NCBI GenBank assembly: GCA_001643675.2
Contig: LSRY02000051.1
Span: 434,001-498,000 of the forward strand
DNA: 64,000 bases
DNA from: Monocercomonoides exilis PA203
Taxonomy: Eukaryota; Protista; Preaxostyla
Reading direction: 5' to 3'
The notes below the pieces were generated by a model that had not been told where the DNA came from, did no database searches, and saw nothing but the letters and a program-made list of their open reading frames with translations. This document shows positions 26,322 through 37,939 of the stretch, piece by piece. Within the stretch, counting starts at the first letter, position 1. Each line of letters begins with the position of its first letter. The position numbers and the translations under genes are program-made.

Positions 26322-27680
26322 ATGATTTTCTTTTTTCTTCTTCCTCTCCTTCCCCCTCTTCCTCATCCCATATTATCTCCTCCCAGATGCAAACCCCCAA
26401 ATCCCTGCCTCCTTCTCCATCTCTAATTCTTCTTTTTCCCCTTCCCTTTCTACTTCTATTTCCTCTTTCTCTTCCCCTTCCCTTCTCCACATCCATCACC
26501 AATCCCATCCCCACCTCCAAATCCATCTCAATCTCCATCTCTCAGACATTATATTCTCCAACATCTCCTCTCCTCAATCCCCTCCATCTCTTCCATCCCT
26601 TCCTTCACACTCACTCAATTCATTCATCTCAACAACCTCAACCTCTTCTCTCTCTTCCACAAACATCAACACAAACTCCAATACAACCCCCTCCTTCTCT
26701 CTTCATTCATCTCTCTCTATCCACTCAACCATCTTCAAACACACCCACAACCCCATCGATGGCGCCATCCTCCCCAACCTCAACAACTCATCCACTTCTC
26801 TCTCTGCCTTCAATGCCTCTTTCCTCCACAAAACACGCTCTTCACCAAATGCTGCTGTTGAGTATATTGGAAATGAAACTAATAGAAAGAAACCTGGAAG
26901 ATTGGATTCTTTTGATGCTAACAGCCATAAATTTGAATGGTGTGAATGGGAAAATTCAAGTGGTGGAAGAAGTCATGGAGGAGCTCTTTATGTTAATTAT
27001 GTGAATGCAAATATCACAATCACTTCTTGTTTATTCAACAAATGTTCGTGTAGTGATCATGGAGGAGCAATATTTTGTAGATTTTTACAAAATGTCAACA
27101 TTTCAAAATCCAATTTCACAAGTTGCTGGGCTTTGCATGGAGGGGCAGCTGCGATATGGATTCTTCAATCAAATTCTATCCGTACGTTCATGCAAAACAA
27201 TGTTGAAGGTTGTGCAATAACAACCACATTTGGGACAGCTTGGTATTTTGTACTCGATGATATGACCTCTGCTTGTCAATTCTTGTTCACCAAATGCAAG
27301 TGTATAGCAAATTCTGGTGGTGATTCTGCTGGCTCTCTCACTTTTCAAAATCCACCAAGCAATAAGCCAAGTCAGTTTTTTGCAAATGATTGCCAATTCA
27401 TAAACAACAAATTGACAAGTTCATCATCTTCATGGGGAGGAGCTGCTCTATGTTGCACAAATACCTTCACTTGGATGAGTGGAGTAAAATTCATCACTTT
27501 CTGTTTCTTCGATGGCAACACAGCAGAAAATGGAAAAGGAAACGATGTGTTCTTCAGTGGCAATGCCATAACCCAATCTCCATTCCAGCAATGTGGTTCA
27601 ACAACTCCAACTAAAAGAGTGTGGAATGAAGGAGAAGCAGACAACACCGAAAACAATTGTTTGCTTCCAATCATCTTATC
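26322..27680 (+). pseudogene. Truncated paralog of the 16972-18920 Pmp-like gene
   Basis: The frame of ORF 26902-27801 is open from about 26326 (LSFPLFL...LLHIHHQSHPHLQIHLNLHLS...NPIDGAILP...FEWCEW...HGGALYV...FDGNTA) and aligns closely with the 17-18.9 kb copy. The ATG at 26322 is out of frame, and homology ends at LLPII (about 27675). Confidence 0.75.
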
Positions 27681-27814
27681 TCCTTTTTTTCAAATGAAAA
27701 TACATGAGAAATTTCATCTCTTCATCTTCTTTTTTCTCTTCTTCACCCTCTCTTCCTATTCCTTCCGCTTCGACTGTGTTTGTGAAAATATACCTTTTTA
27801 ATGTGAAGCTGAAG

Positions 27815-29200
27815 CTACAGTTTCCGTGTCCACTTCTCCAAAACCTCATGTATTATTTCCTCTTTCTGCTTTTGTTCTTTATATTTCTTAAAAATTAAGT
27901 TCATGTCTCCATCAACTTTCTCTTCCTCCTCCTCCTCCTCTTCCTTCTCAATATCAATCGAACTTCTATCTATCTCTGACTCCTCAAACATCGCCAAATC
28001 ATTCTTCGATATTTGCATTTGTTCCTCATCTTTCTTTTCTCCATCTGAACTTCCATCTAAAGTTATGTCCAAAGACACATCTGCTGCTTCTTCTTCTGCT
28101 CTCCTGTTCTCCTGTTGGATGTTATCGGATGGAGAAGAACTGCATCCTTCACTTTCTGTAAATTACTGTTTGTCTGTCTCTTCATGTGTCTCCACCTTCA
28201 CAAGCCTTAGCCGACACAGCCCAAGTGCTTCCCAACCAACAGTACCATTGCACTTTCCAACTTCCCCTGCTTCTCTTTGATTCTCTCCACAAACTTTCAG
28301 TGCACTGTCGGATAGCCTCCATTCGTCTCATTCATTTCACCTCCCTCTGTCTCTTCTCGCTCCCCCAGCACCGCCAGCTCAATCGCTTCTAGCAACAGAA
28401 CCACATCCTCCATCCTTAGCACCACCGCCGACAGCCCCTTCTCCACAATCTCCCCCACTTCACACACTGCAACCCCTCGCCCCATCACTTCGTCGTCCAG
28501 CTTCACCTCCACACGCCTCGACTATTGCGATCACCATATCTGCAGCGACGGTTCAAACAGATCGTTGATCGGTGGGAACGCATTCACATCTGCCGCTGCA
28601 AAGATCCGCTTTCTCCCTGACTTCGCGTCCACCGACGCTGCAAGCGACGGAAGCTGCGTCACCAGCGGAACCGAAAGCATCGCCGAAAGCGCTAAATCAT
28701 AGGCACATACAACGCCTCCATGCAGCACCGCCAGACGCGCCACAACATATCACCACCACGTCTACAGCACATACACCTCAGCCGCCTCAGGCTCCACAAT
28801 CAGCAGCCGCCTCTTGATGTCTTCCATCACTGCTACTGACGTGTATGACTCCTCCACCGCAGAGGCATCCGAAGGGTCAATCACAGGCGCTGATGGTAAT
28901 TGATCATCTTCTGCCGCCTTCTTCTCTTTGATTATCTGCCTCCAAAATGGTGAATCAGATCAGCATTCTGCTCCAAATCGGATTGATGAAACAGATGAAG
29001 AAAGTTGAACTTGATCTGGAAGAAGAAAAAGAGGAAGAAGAAGAATGATGAGAAGATGAAAATAAGCCATTTCTTTCTACGGCACATGAGAAGCAGTATT
29101 TCGTAGAAGGTGAAAGAATGTGTTTTCGAGTGTTTCTGCGCTGAATTCCCGCCAGCGATAAGTGAGGAAGAGAAGGCGGGAACAGATCATTGCATTTCGA
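27815..29200 (-). pseudogene. Degenerate gene fragment of unknown family with in-frame stops (approximate bounds)
   Basis: GC-richer minus-strand ORF pieces 28531-28743 and 28297-28512 lie in one frame separated by stops, followed by acidic 27815-28078. Confidence 0.4.
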
Positions 29201-31044
29201 AGGATACGAAGAAGAAAAAGAAGATGTTATTGATGAAATTATTTGATATTTGGAATAATGAAGGTTAACGATAACAAATACAAAGACTCTCGTTGAAATC
29301 TATCTTTATCTGATTTAAACTTCTTTGGCCGCATATTCTTCTGGCAAGTAGTAATTCCTGGATTTTTCAAGCATTCAACTTGCACCTTCACATCTTTACA
29401 ACAAAAAAGGAAACATTTGCATTCCTATTTTCTGTTTTTTCCTTTCCTCATTTTCCTCTTTAAATTCCTTTTATTAGATAAAAAATATCTTTCAACAAAA
29501 ACATTCCTTCAACAGAAATAAACGTTTGGAGTTTTGCGAATCACGAACACTCTCAATTTTCGTATTTCCACTTTTTCTCACCAGTCTTTCTTTCTTTCTT
29601 CGATACACCCTTTCTTCACTATTCTTCATCTTGCTGAAAACTGATTTCTTCTTCTTCAAAACAATTCGATTTATTTCAGTTCTGTTGTTCGTTGTTTTTG
29701 TCCGCATTTTCATTTCATCACCATGTGCTAATTTTTGAATATTCATATGATAAAATAACAATCCATCCATCACAGTTCAACAAAAATAAACATTCATTAC
29801 AAACCAAAATCATTTTTACTCATTCGTACATGCATATTTGAAGATCAACACCGCAGCAATGCACCAAGAAGACACAATCAAACTATTGAACATTGTTTCT
29901 CCTTCCATCAACTATTTGCGTGCAAAAATTGTAATGATCTTCCTCTCTAAAAGAATTTACATGCTCCTAGAATTTCTCTATCACAAGATCTGTTGTCTTG
30001 AAAACCAAATATCGAGCATCTGAAATTCAACATTTCCATATTTTTTTTAAAAAAAATCTTCACTCAACAAACTCAATCAGAGAAACATTGAAAATTGTTT
30101 TTGATTAATGTTTTTATAATGTTTGCATATTTGGAATTTCCTTTTAATGCATTAAAACCAATTTGTTCATATTTTAGAATTTCAGAAAAAAGAAATCATT
30201 TTTTCACTTTTTCACAAAAGTGAAAAACACAAAAAAATAATTTTTATCGAACATTTTAATTATAATGTTCGTTATTCTGTTTTTTTTGAAATCATAACAA
30301 AACAGAAACTCAAATGAAGGTGGGAATTTCTAAATGAAGTGAGCTTATTTGAATAAAGAAAGTTTTATTCAAATAAAGTTATGTTTTATTCGAATAAAAT
30401 GAAGTTATTAAAATAGCAAATTTTTATTCAAATTTCATCTATTCTTATTAATAACTTTCATTTTGCACAAAAATCATCCATTTGTAATTTATGAGGAAGG
30501 CATGAAACAAAATAAAAAAGAGGGAACATCAAATTGGATAGTTTTGTTACGCTTGTGATTCGAAAAAAAAATCGTCAAAATAGAAAGGATATAATTATCA
30601 AAAGAGCTTTTTTTGGTTATAAAAACAAAATATTCACTTCTCTTTAAGTTTGCCTTTGGAAACGATAACTAATTCAATTGTTTGCGTATACAAATCTTTA
30701 AAAAACAGAAAATCACAAGACAGTTCATTTTTCAATGTTGATATTAACACATTTGAAAATTATTAATAATTTAAAAAATGATTTTCATTTCTTTTCTTTT
30801 GAACTCGATATCATCACAGATGCGATGGGCACAATTGCCATAAACATAATACAAACAAAGTTGTTGCTAAAAGAATATCTCAATAAGAACATAAACAAAT
30901 CTAACATATTCTTCGTTAAAAAACGAAAAGTTCGAATCGTAACATCTCAAAACACAATAACAATAAAAATTCTATATTCTTCACTAATTAAATACAAAAC
31001 AAATGCATTCATCTCAAGATATGATGACCAGCACATATTTTATT

Positions 31045-32425
31045 TTACCCAAGAAGTCCAAGTGATTTTATTCGCTTGTACCTGAGAAAAACACAATTAA
31101 CATGTGTCATTTCAGAATAGGAAAAGAAGCAGTTTGATAATCATATTAACAAAATCCAATATCAATAATATTTATAAAAAAGAATACTCAAAATATGCAA
31201 ACTGTTCAGGTATCTCCATCAAGCAATTCATCGCAAACGCAGGCTGAAAATTATTTGATTTCATTTTCTTAATTTTGTTGAACTCGACAAATTGAAACTT
31301 AAAACATGATATATATATTCAAAAAAAGAGAAAAAAAATATTAAAAAGCATTTAAAATTAAGAAAAAATTATTCTTGAAATAACAAACATTGTCAAATTG
31401 CCTCTGAGGTATTCTATCGTCAAATTTTTTCATCGTATCCCTATCAAATATTTCATGTTATATAATTTTCAAAGTTAAAAGAATTACATTTATTTATTTA
31501 TATTATTTTTTAAAAAAATAATTGCAATTATCAATAAATTCAGCATACCAAGGACCATCACCAACACCAATGCAGACAATGGAAATAGGATAATATGATG
31601 CTTCTACGATCGCATCCACTGTATCGCGAACACTTGTGCATTCACCATCGGTAACAAGAAATAGAATGTGATACTAAAGGGGAAAAAATGTATTTAAATT
31701 TATAACAAAAATTTTCAGAAACGGAATTTTTTTCAATAAAATTCAAACTGCTTTTGCCTTTTTAACAATTTCAATTGTTTCTCTGATTACAGGTGCAAAA
31801 TTTGTTGGGCCAGAAAGATTAATACCTGAAGTAATCTGTTTATATCTTTCAAGAACATCCTTGAAGCCATAAGCAACTCTATCAGGGTAAAATGGAAAGC
31901 AAGATTTGTCTCTGCGATGTAAAAAACAAAATCATTTCAAAAAATAAAATTTATGTGGCTTTCATACGTTGTGAATGAATCTCCAAATCCAAATGCAGGA
32001 ATCAAATGATCGTCTTTATTTTTAGATATAGGACAAATGAAGAAGAAAAATATTTTTTGAAATAAAACAGAATGAAGAAAAAACCATCAAAAACTTCCAT
32101 TGTCTCGCCAAGAATTTCAATTACTTCCACATATGGATTTTTTACTGTCATATCGTGAAGACTTCGATTTTGAAAAGATTTTTCTCCCTAAAATAACATA
32201 AATTAATTATTATAACAAGTTTCACCATACCGTATACAAATTTGATTTCGTATAATCTATTCCAAAAACAATATTTGAAGATTCAAGTCCAGCCTTTCTA
32301 ATTGCCATTTGGACCTTTAAAAGACAAATTTACATAATAAAAATTGATAAAACATCAATACATACTTCCTTTATTGTTTTATACTTATCTTCAATTGGAT
32401 CAGAAGCCGAAGCACCACAGCCCAT
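31045..32425 (-). CDS. RGLG-type copine/vWA-domain protein, 9 exons, N-terminal MGCG acylation motif, no RING and no C2 domains
   Basis: Manual splicing of 8 phase-correct GT-AG introns: MGCGAS...KTIKE/VQMAIRKAGLESSNIVFGIDYTKSNLYT/GEKSFQNRSLH...NPY...VFD/DDHLIPAFGFGD.../...LSGPTNFAPVI.../YHILFLVTDG...SIVCIGVGDGPW/DTMKKFDDRIPQRQFDN/FQFVEF...LMEIPEQ/YKRIKSLGLLG*. Confidence 0.93.
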
Positions 32426-32953
32426 CTTAAGATCGTATTAACCATATCAATTTTGAAGATATAGATAATTTTCTGTTTCGTATTTCAATGATAATATTCA
32501 GATCTCGCGTTTATAGAATTTCAGTTGTTCGCATAGAAAATGAGAAATCCAGATTGATGACACAGATATTAAAATAAGTAGCTTTTATTTTTTTTTTCAA
32601 AATGAAAAAATGGTAACGGATGTGATGAACATTTTTCTAAACTTCATCCAGGGTTATATAATCCATTCCACATTATGAAGATTTATTTGAATTTGGAAAC
32701 TAATTTTTGATGAAATGATTCAATTTTTTGATAATCTTGAAAAATTAATGAGAATACTATTTTGAAGAAATTGGAAAAGAGAAAAATGCGAAAAAATCTT
32801 CTACAATTTCCCAGTGAAATTTCCATTTCAGGTATCATTCAAAATAGAAAAAAGAGTGTTAAATAGAATCATAAGAAAGATATTGAAAGCAAGTTGATCA
32901 TTTCCATATTTCAAAAACTGTTATTATAAAATCAGCTTTTAACACTATTTCTG

Positions 32954-34678
32954 ATGATCCATTTCATTGCATTCGTATTTGTATTGAGGCTGAATGCGGT
33001 TGAAGTACAAGCAGAAAGTGTGGAGATGACCACTCTTTGGGCTTCAGACAGAGAGGATGGAATTGGCTGTTTGACAAAGGCAGTGAATTCATCGATGAGA
33101 GTTGTGCATGCCAAGCTGATTGGTGTGCAAAAAGGTTCGATCGGAGAGTTTGTGGAGGGATCTGAAGTGATCCTACAGGACTGCGTGATTGAAGCTACGA
33201 ACAATGAAAAGTCACCATTTTTGCTTGCTGGATCTTCTTTGAATGCAAATGGCATTGAACTCATTGCACAGAAGCATGGCTCTGTTGCGTGCTTTTGCGA
33301 GAATAAAGGTGGGAATGAGGAACTATTCCTGAGGAATTCGAGGTTCGATAATCTCGTGTGTATGGGGAAAAGTTCATTCCTTCCTATTCAGGGGAAGGGA
33401 ATGTCTGTTGTGAATTGCGAATTCAATAATGCTACTAAGCAAAATGGATTTAAAGGATTTGTTCAGGCTCCTGGATGTTTGGAAACTCAGTTAAGTGGAT
33501 CAAAATTTTTTAATTGCTGGAACCTGTTTTATGGTGGAATCATGGGAGGAATGAATGTGCATGAATTTGCTTCTAGAAATTGCAGTTTTTGTCAATGCAA
33601 GCACAACGTGCAATTAAGGTCAGGAGAAAATCCTTTCCCACCCACATACGATGGAGAGTCGTTTGATAGCCAAACATTCTCATATACTAAGACAATCGAT
33701 CGATGGGCTTCAGCTAATTTTACACATTGTGCGTTTGTTTCGTGCAGAGGACAAGTAGGAGGGGGTTTAAATATTTTTATGAGCAATGCAGAGGTTATTT
33801 CTTGCACTTTTGAAAGCTGTTCAGCTGAATCTGGTGCTGGTGCACTGTGTTCAATTACGGAAGGTCACAAAGTGACTTTGAAGAATAGCAAATTCGTTAA
33901 GTGCTCAACTACAGGCATTGAAGGCGATAGTGATTCGGCTGGATATACTTCTGGTGGTGCTATTTCTATTTATGGTAGTTGTTATTTATCTGGACTGACC
34001 GGAGAGGAGTGTATTGCTGGTGATGGAGGATTTATTGAGGCGTCATTATCTTCGGATGTGACGTGGGAAGGACTTACAGTTAAGGGGTGCAAGACTTTTG
34101 TTGGAAATGGTTGGAACATGGGTGGTGCCATGTACTTTTCTCGTATAAGTTCGTTGACAATCAAGGAGTCATTGTTCCAGAATTGCGAGGCTGGATTTAG
34201 TGGAGGTGCGTTGGCTTTTTATGAAGTGAAAAAAGCATCTGATCTTCACGTCCTGAACTGCAAGTTTATAGAAAATAAGGCTATTAAAAACCTTGAATAT
34301 TTTGATAAAATGAACTCAGAATTAAAAGAGGAAGATCAATTAAAAATAACGAAGGAAATGTGTGTGAGCGATATATTTATTTTCGAGAACGAAACCGAAG
34401 GAAAATTTACGAAAGACAATTTTGCTGGAACGACTTCATCGAGCAGGAAGCCACGAACATACAGCCGTTCACAAGGGAAATTTGACAATTTGATGAAAGG
34501 AATCCTATCAACAGGCGCAATTGTTGGTATTGTAGTTGGAAGCGTGGCCGGTGTGATTATTATCGTTGTTGCGATAATAATCATTGTGTGTGTTGTGAGA
34601 AAAAAGAAAGCAAAGAAGGAGGGTAGCAACAAAGAAATGGTATCTGTTGATGTATCAACACAAGAGGAAACTTCATAA
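32954..34678 (+). CDS. 574-aa Pmp-like beta-helix type I membrane (surface) protein
   Basis: Hydrophobic N-terminus; repeated GGA(I/L/M) plus FxxC/FxxN motifs (GGAISIY, GGAMYF, GGALAF, FIEN); C-terminal TM GAIVGIVVGSVAGVIIIVVAIIIIVCVV followed by RKKKAKK. Intronless. Confidence 0.85.
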   Translation: MIHFIAFVFVLRLNAVEVQAESVEMTTLWASDREDGIGCLTKAVNSSMRVVHAKLIGVQKGSIGEFVEGSEVILQDCVIEATNNEKSPFLLAGSSLNANGIELIAQKHGSVACFCENKGGNEELFLRNSRFDNLVCMGKSSFLPIQGKGMSVVNCEFNNATKQNGFKGFVQAPGCLETQLSGSKFFNCWNLFYGGIMGGMNVHEFASRNCSFCQCKHNVQLRSGENPFPPTYDGESFDSQTFSYTKTIDRWASANFTHCAFVSCRGQVGGGLNIFMSNAEVISCTFESCSAESGAGALCSITEGHKVTLKNSKFVKCSTTGIEGDSDSAGYTSGGAISIYGSCYLSGLTGEECIAGDGGFIEASLSSDVTWEGLTVKGCKTFVGNGWNMGGAMYFSRISSLTIKESLFQNCEAGFSGGALAFYEVKKASDLHVLNCKFIENKAIKNLEYFDKMNSELKEEDQLKITKEMCVSDIFIFENETEGKFTKDNFAGTTSSSRKPRTYSRSQGKFDNLMKGILSTGAIVGIVVGSVAGVIIIVVAIIIIVCVVRKKKAKKEGSNKEMVSVDVSTQEETS

Positions 34679-35339
34679 TAACTACCAGCAGAGTAGTCCG
34701 ACCGGGCTTATCTGTTGTTTTTATTTTATTATTATTTTTATAATTATTTTCAGAGTCATTATTTAGTTTATAAAAAATTGTCTTTTAAATGTCATTTGCT
34801 ATTCAATTTGTTCTTCACATAATCAAGCTGCTGTTTTCATATTTGTGTAAACCCTCATTGAAAAACCAATTTTCTTTTATTTGTCGTTTTTGACAGTCTT
34901 CTAAAGTCTCATTTATTATCTTCAAATTGACTGATTTTTTTGCTATTTTATTTCTTGAGACCGATGGAATTGATGATTTAGTGACTCGACTCAAATCAAA
35001 TAATATCTATTACGCTTTAGCCAAATGCGTAGTATTTATTATTGTCTTTTTTTGCAACATTTATTTCTTTGTTTTCCTACTTGGATTTTCGGTTTTTTTT
35101 TCAATTTTTGATGCTCAACCAAAAAAAAGTTAGTGCATTCAAATCACAATGTTTGTTGACAAAGTCCAAAATGAAGCATATAAGATTAAAAGTCCAAAAT
35201 AATGAAAGAAGAAGAAGTCATTGTCCATAATTAGCAAAGGTTTTTATACAAACGTAGTATTTTCAGTAAGTGGCAACTTATGTTCTTTTTCAACTATAAA
35301 TTTAAACATTTCTGAATACACAAGTTTTCAGAAATCAGC

Positions 35340-37903
35340 ATGACTTTATTTGAGTTCGATCCATTAAAAGCAAATAGCAACATATTCAGGAATTATAAAC
35401 CATCAAAACGTTTTTTTTATCTGAAGAACATATTCCATAATAATTTATTTGATTTGTATTTTCGTATTTTAATTCTGTTAAAGGCAGGCATTTAATGAAA
35501 ATAAGTGAAATGTTCTTGTTGGCATGATGACTTTAATTCAAATTTTCAGTTTATTGAAATGAAAAATTTTGATTTTATTTTTTTATTAAGACAAAAAAAA
35601 CAATAACAATTCCACCAGAATATATTGGGAAATGCATATTGGTAAAAGGTCAACAACTGTGGCTTTTGAAAGGATGCAATCTTGTTATATTTAATATATC
35701 TACGAATCAGATCATATTTCGAACAACTCATTTAAACGAATTAATTTCTATGACTTTTTCTCCCACAAACGAAACTGTGTGGATATCTGATGATAATGGC
35801 TGGATACTTATTTATACTGCAAGTGTTTGTGATTTCTTAGATTAGTTTTAATTGTCTTTAAAATATGTTTTTAACAATATTTTTTGAAAATATTCATTTT
35901 CAGAGCAGGATTACCAAAAAAATACAGAAATTGTTTGTCTTTCAAATTAAAATAATTTATTTTATGATTGCTTTATGATTTTAACGTTTTTTTTGACATT
36001 TTTTTTTTGTTCATTACCAAACCCTAACAAAAAAATTTTTTATACCAAAAATGCCAAGTGTTACATTTCCCACAACCGTGATTCGATCTATGTGCAGCTC
36101 AGATTCTAACAAAACTATATGGGGGTGTGGGGATCAGGGTAGGGTGTTTCAGTGGGATGTGGAAAATTGCTCAACTTTGCGTTCGTTTCAATTGGGCAAT
36201 GAGACTCTTTCTGTTCTTAATTACTCAAAATTACATATCTGGATTGGAGGCATTCAAGGAAACGTATGGTGTGTGAGAGAAAATAATGCTTCTACATTTC
36301 CTTCAAGATGCTATCAGCACAAATCAAACGATTCAAAGGAAATATATAAAAACAAAATTGAGGAAGAATATAGAGGGAAATCTGCTAATTTTGGAACTGA
36401 AGCAAGTTTTTACAAGGTTTTCTCTGCAGAAGGAGGCGATGAGATAAGAGCGCTTGTTTCTGATGGAGAAATTGCATTGATTGGAATCAGGAGAGGATTT
36501 ATCATGCAAATAAAATACACAAAGACGCAAGACTCTTCTTCATCGTCTGCTCCTTCAGATTCTGATTCATCTGCTAATTCAACTTTGCTTTCCGAGCTGA
36601 ACATTCACATGCCAATCGCTTCAATGAGTCGCTGCGAAGACGATGTGGTTGTTCTGACTGAGCAAAATGCTGCAAATGTATGTTCTCCCTCTTTTCCCCT
36701 TCCATCTTCTTCATCCATTTCCAGTTCGGGGCACAACAGTGCTTTTCCCTCTGGCCCTCTCACATCTCGTTCTTCGACGCTTTCAACTGCCTCTTCTTCC
36801 AGCGGCTCGTCCACATCTCGCTCATTTTCCTCTGCTCCGCTGTCAACTCGCTCCTCCTCGTCCACTTTGCCTCACTCTTCCATCTATTTTCTCCCAAAGC
36901 CTTTCAGTTCCGACTCGCCACTCGCGAAGCATGCGCTACCGTTGCCGATATCGTCCAGCTTTCCTTGCTGCCTTGCTGTTGGAATAGCCTCACAAAAAAG
37001 GAGCCAAAAAGAAGGAGGCGGAAAAGGAATGGAGCAGACTGTTGAAGCAGGCAAAGCAAACAAAACGGATTATCTGTATTCAATGCGTTCTCTTAGAAAC
37101 AAGCAAAAGTCTGAGGAACAACAAAGCACAAAACCTCTAACAGAAATATTGGTTGCAATGAGCTCTGGCTTGTGTGTGAAATATGAAAAACAAGGCGAAT
37201 TTGACGGATCTGGTACGAAAGGGAAGGAAGAAAGAAAAGCCAATGATAAAAGGCAACAAAAAAAGGACGACGAAACAACATGTGCAAGTTATCAACATGG
37301 AAAGACGCTTGAGACAAACAAGGAACAAATACCTAAATTCCCTCAGAACTTCGCAACAAAAGAAAGCAGGCAAAAGGTTGAAAACGATGTACAAGCTGGA
37401 AGCGAAAGCAGAATGAGTTGCAAATCAATGGATGAAAAGAAAAGAGTGTGGCAATGCAACGAAGAAGAGGAACGTGCTGCTTTTGGGGAAGAGAATGAGG
37501 AAGAAGAGGGAACAGAAAGGAAAATGAGGAAAAGCGAATGTTTTGGAGAAGAGAGCGAAAAGGCAGAAGAAGAAAACGAAAGGCGAATGCAGCGCTTGAG
37601 GTACTCGACACAGTCAGAGTCAGATTTGGAGATTGATTCAAAACAACAAATTTATTTGGATGCGAAAGAAAATTGCGAAAGCAACAAAAATATGGAGTCG
37701 TCTGAGATTGGAAGGCAAACGCAAAACGACAGCGATTTCAAAGAGAACATCGAAAATGGCTGTTCTTTGGACAACAGAAGCGATGCAAATTCTGCTTCCT
37801 CTTCTCACAACGAAGAAATGAGCGAAGCAGAGAAATCATTGAATCTCTCTCATTCATTTGATCTTTCGCCTTCTCCTCTTCCGACGCGCTCTGCTGCTTC
37901 ACA

Positions 37904-37939
<36 letters not shown>

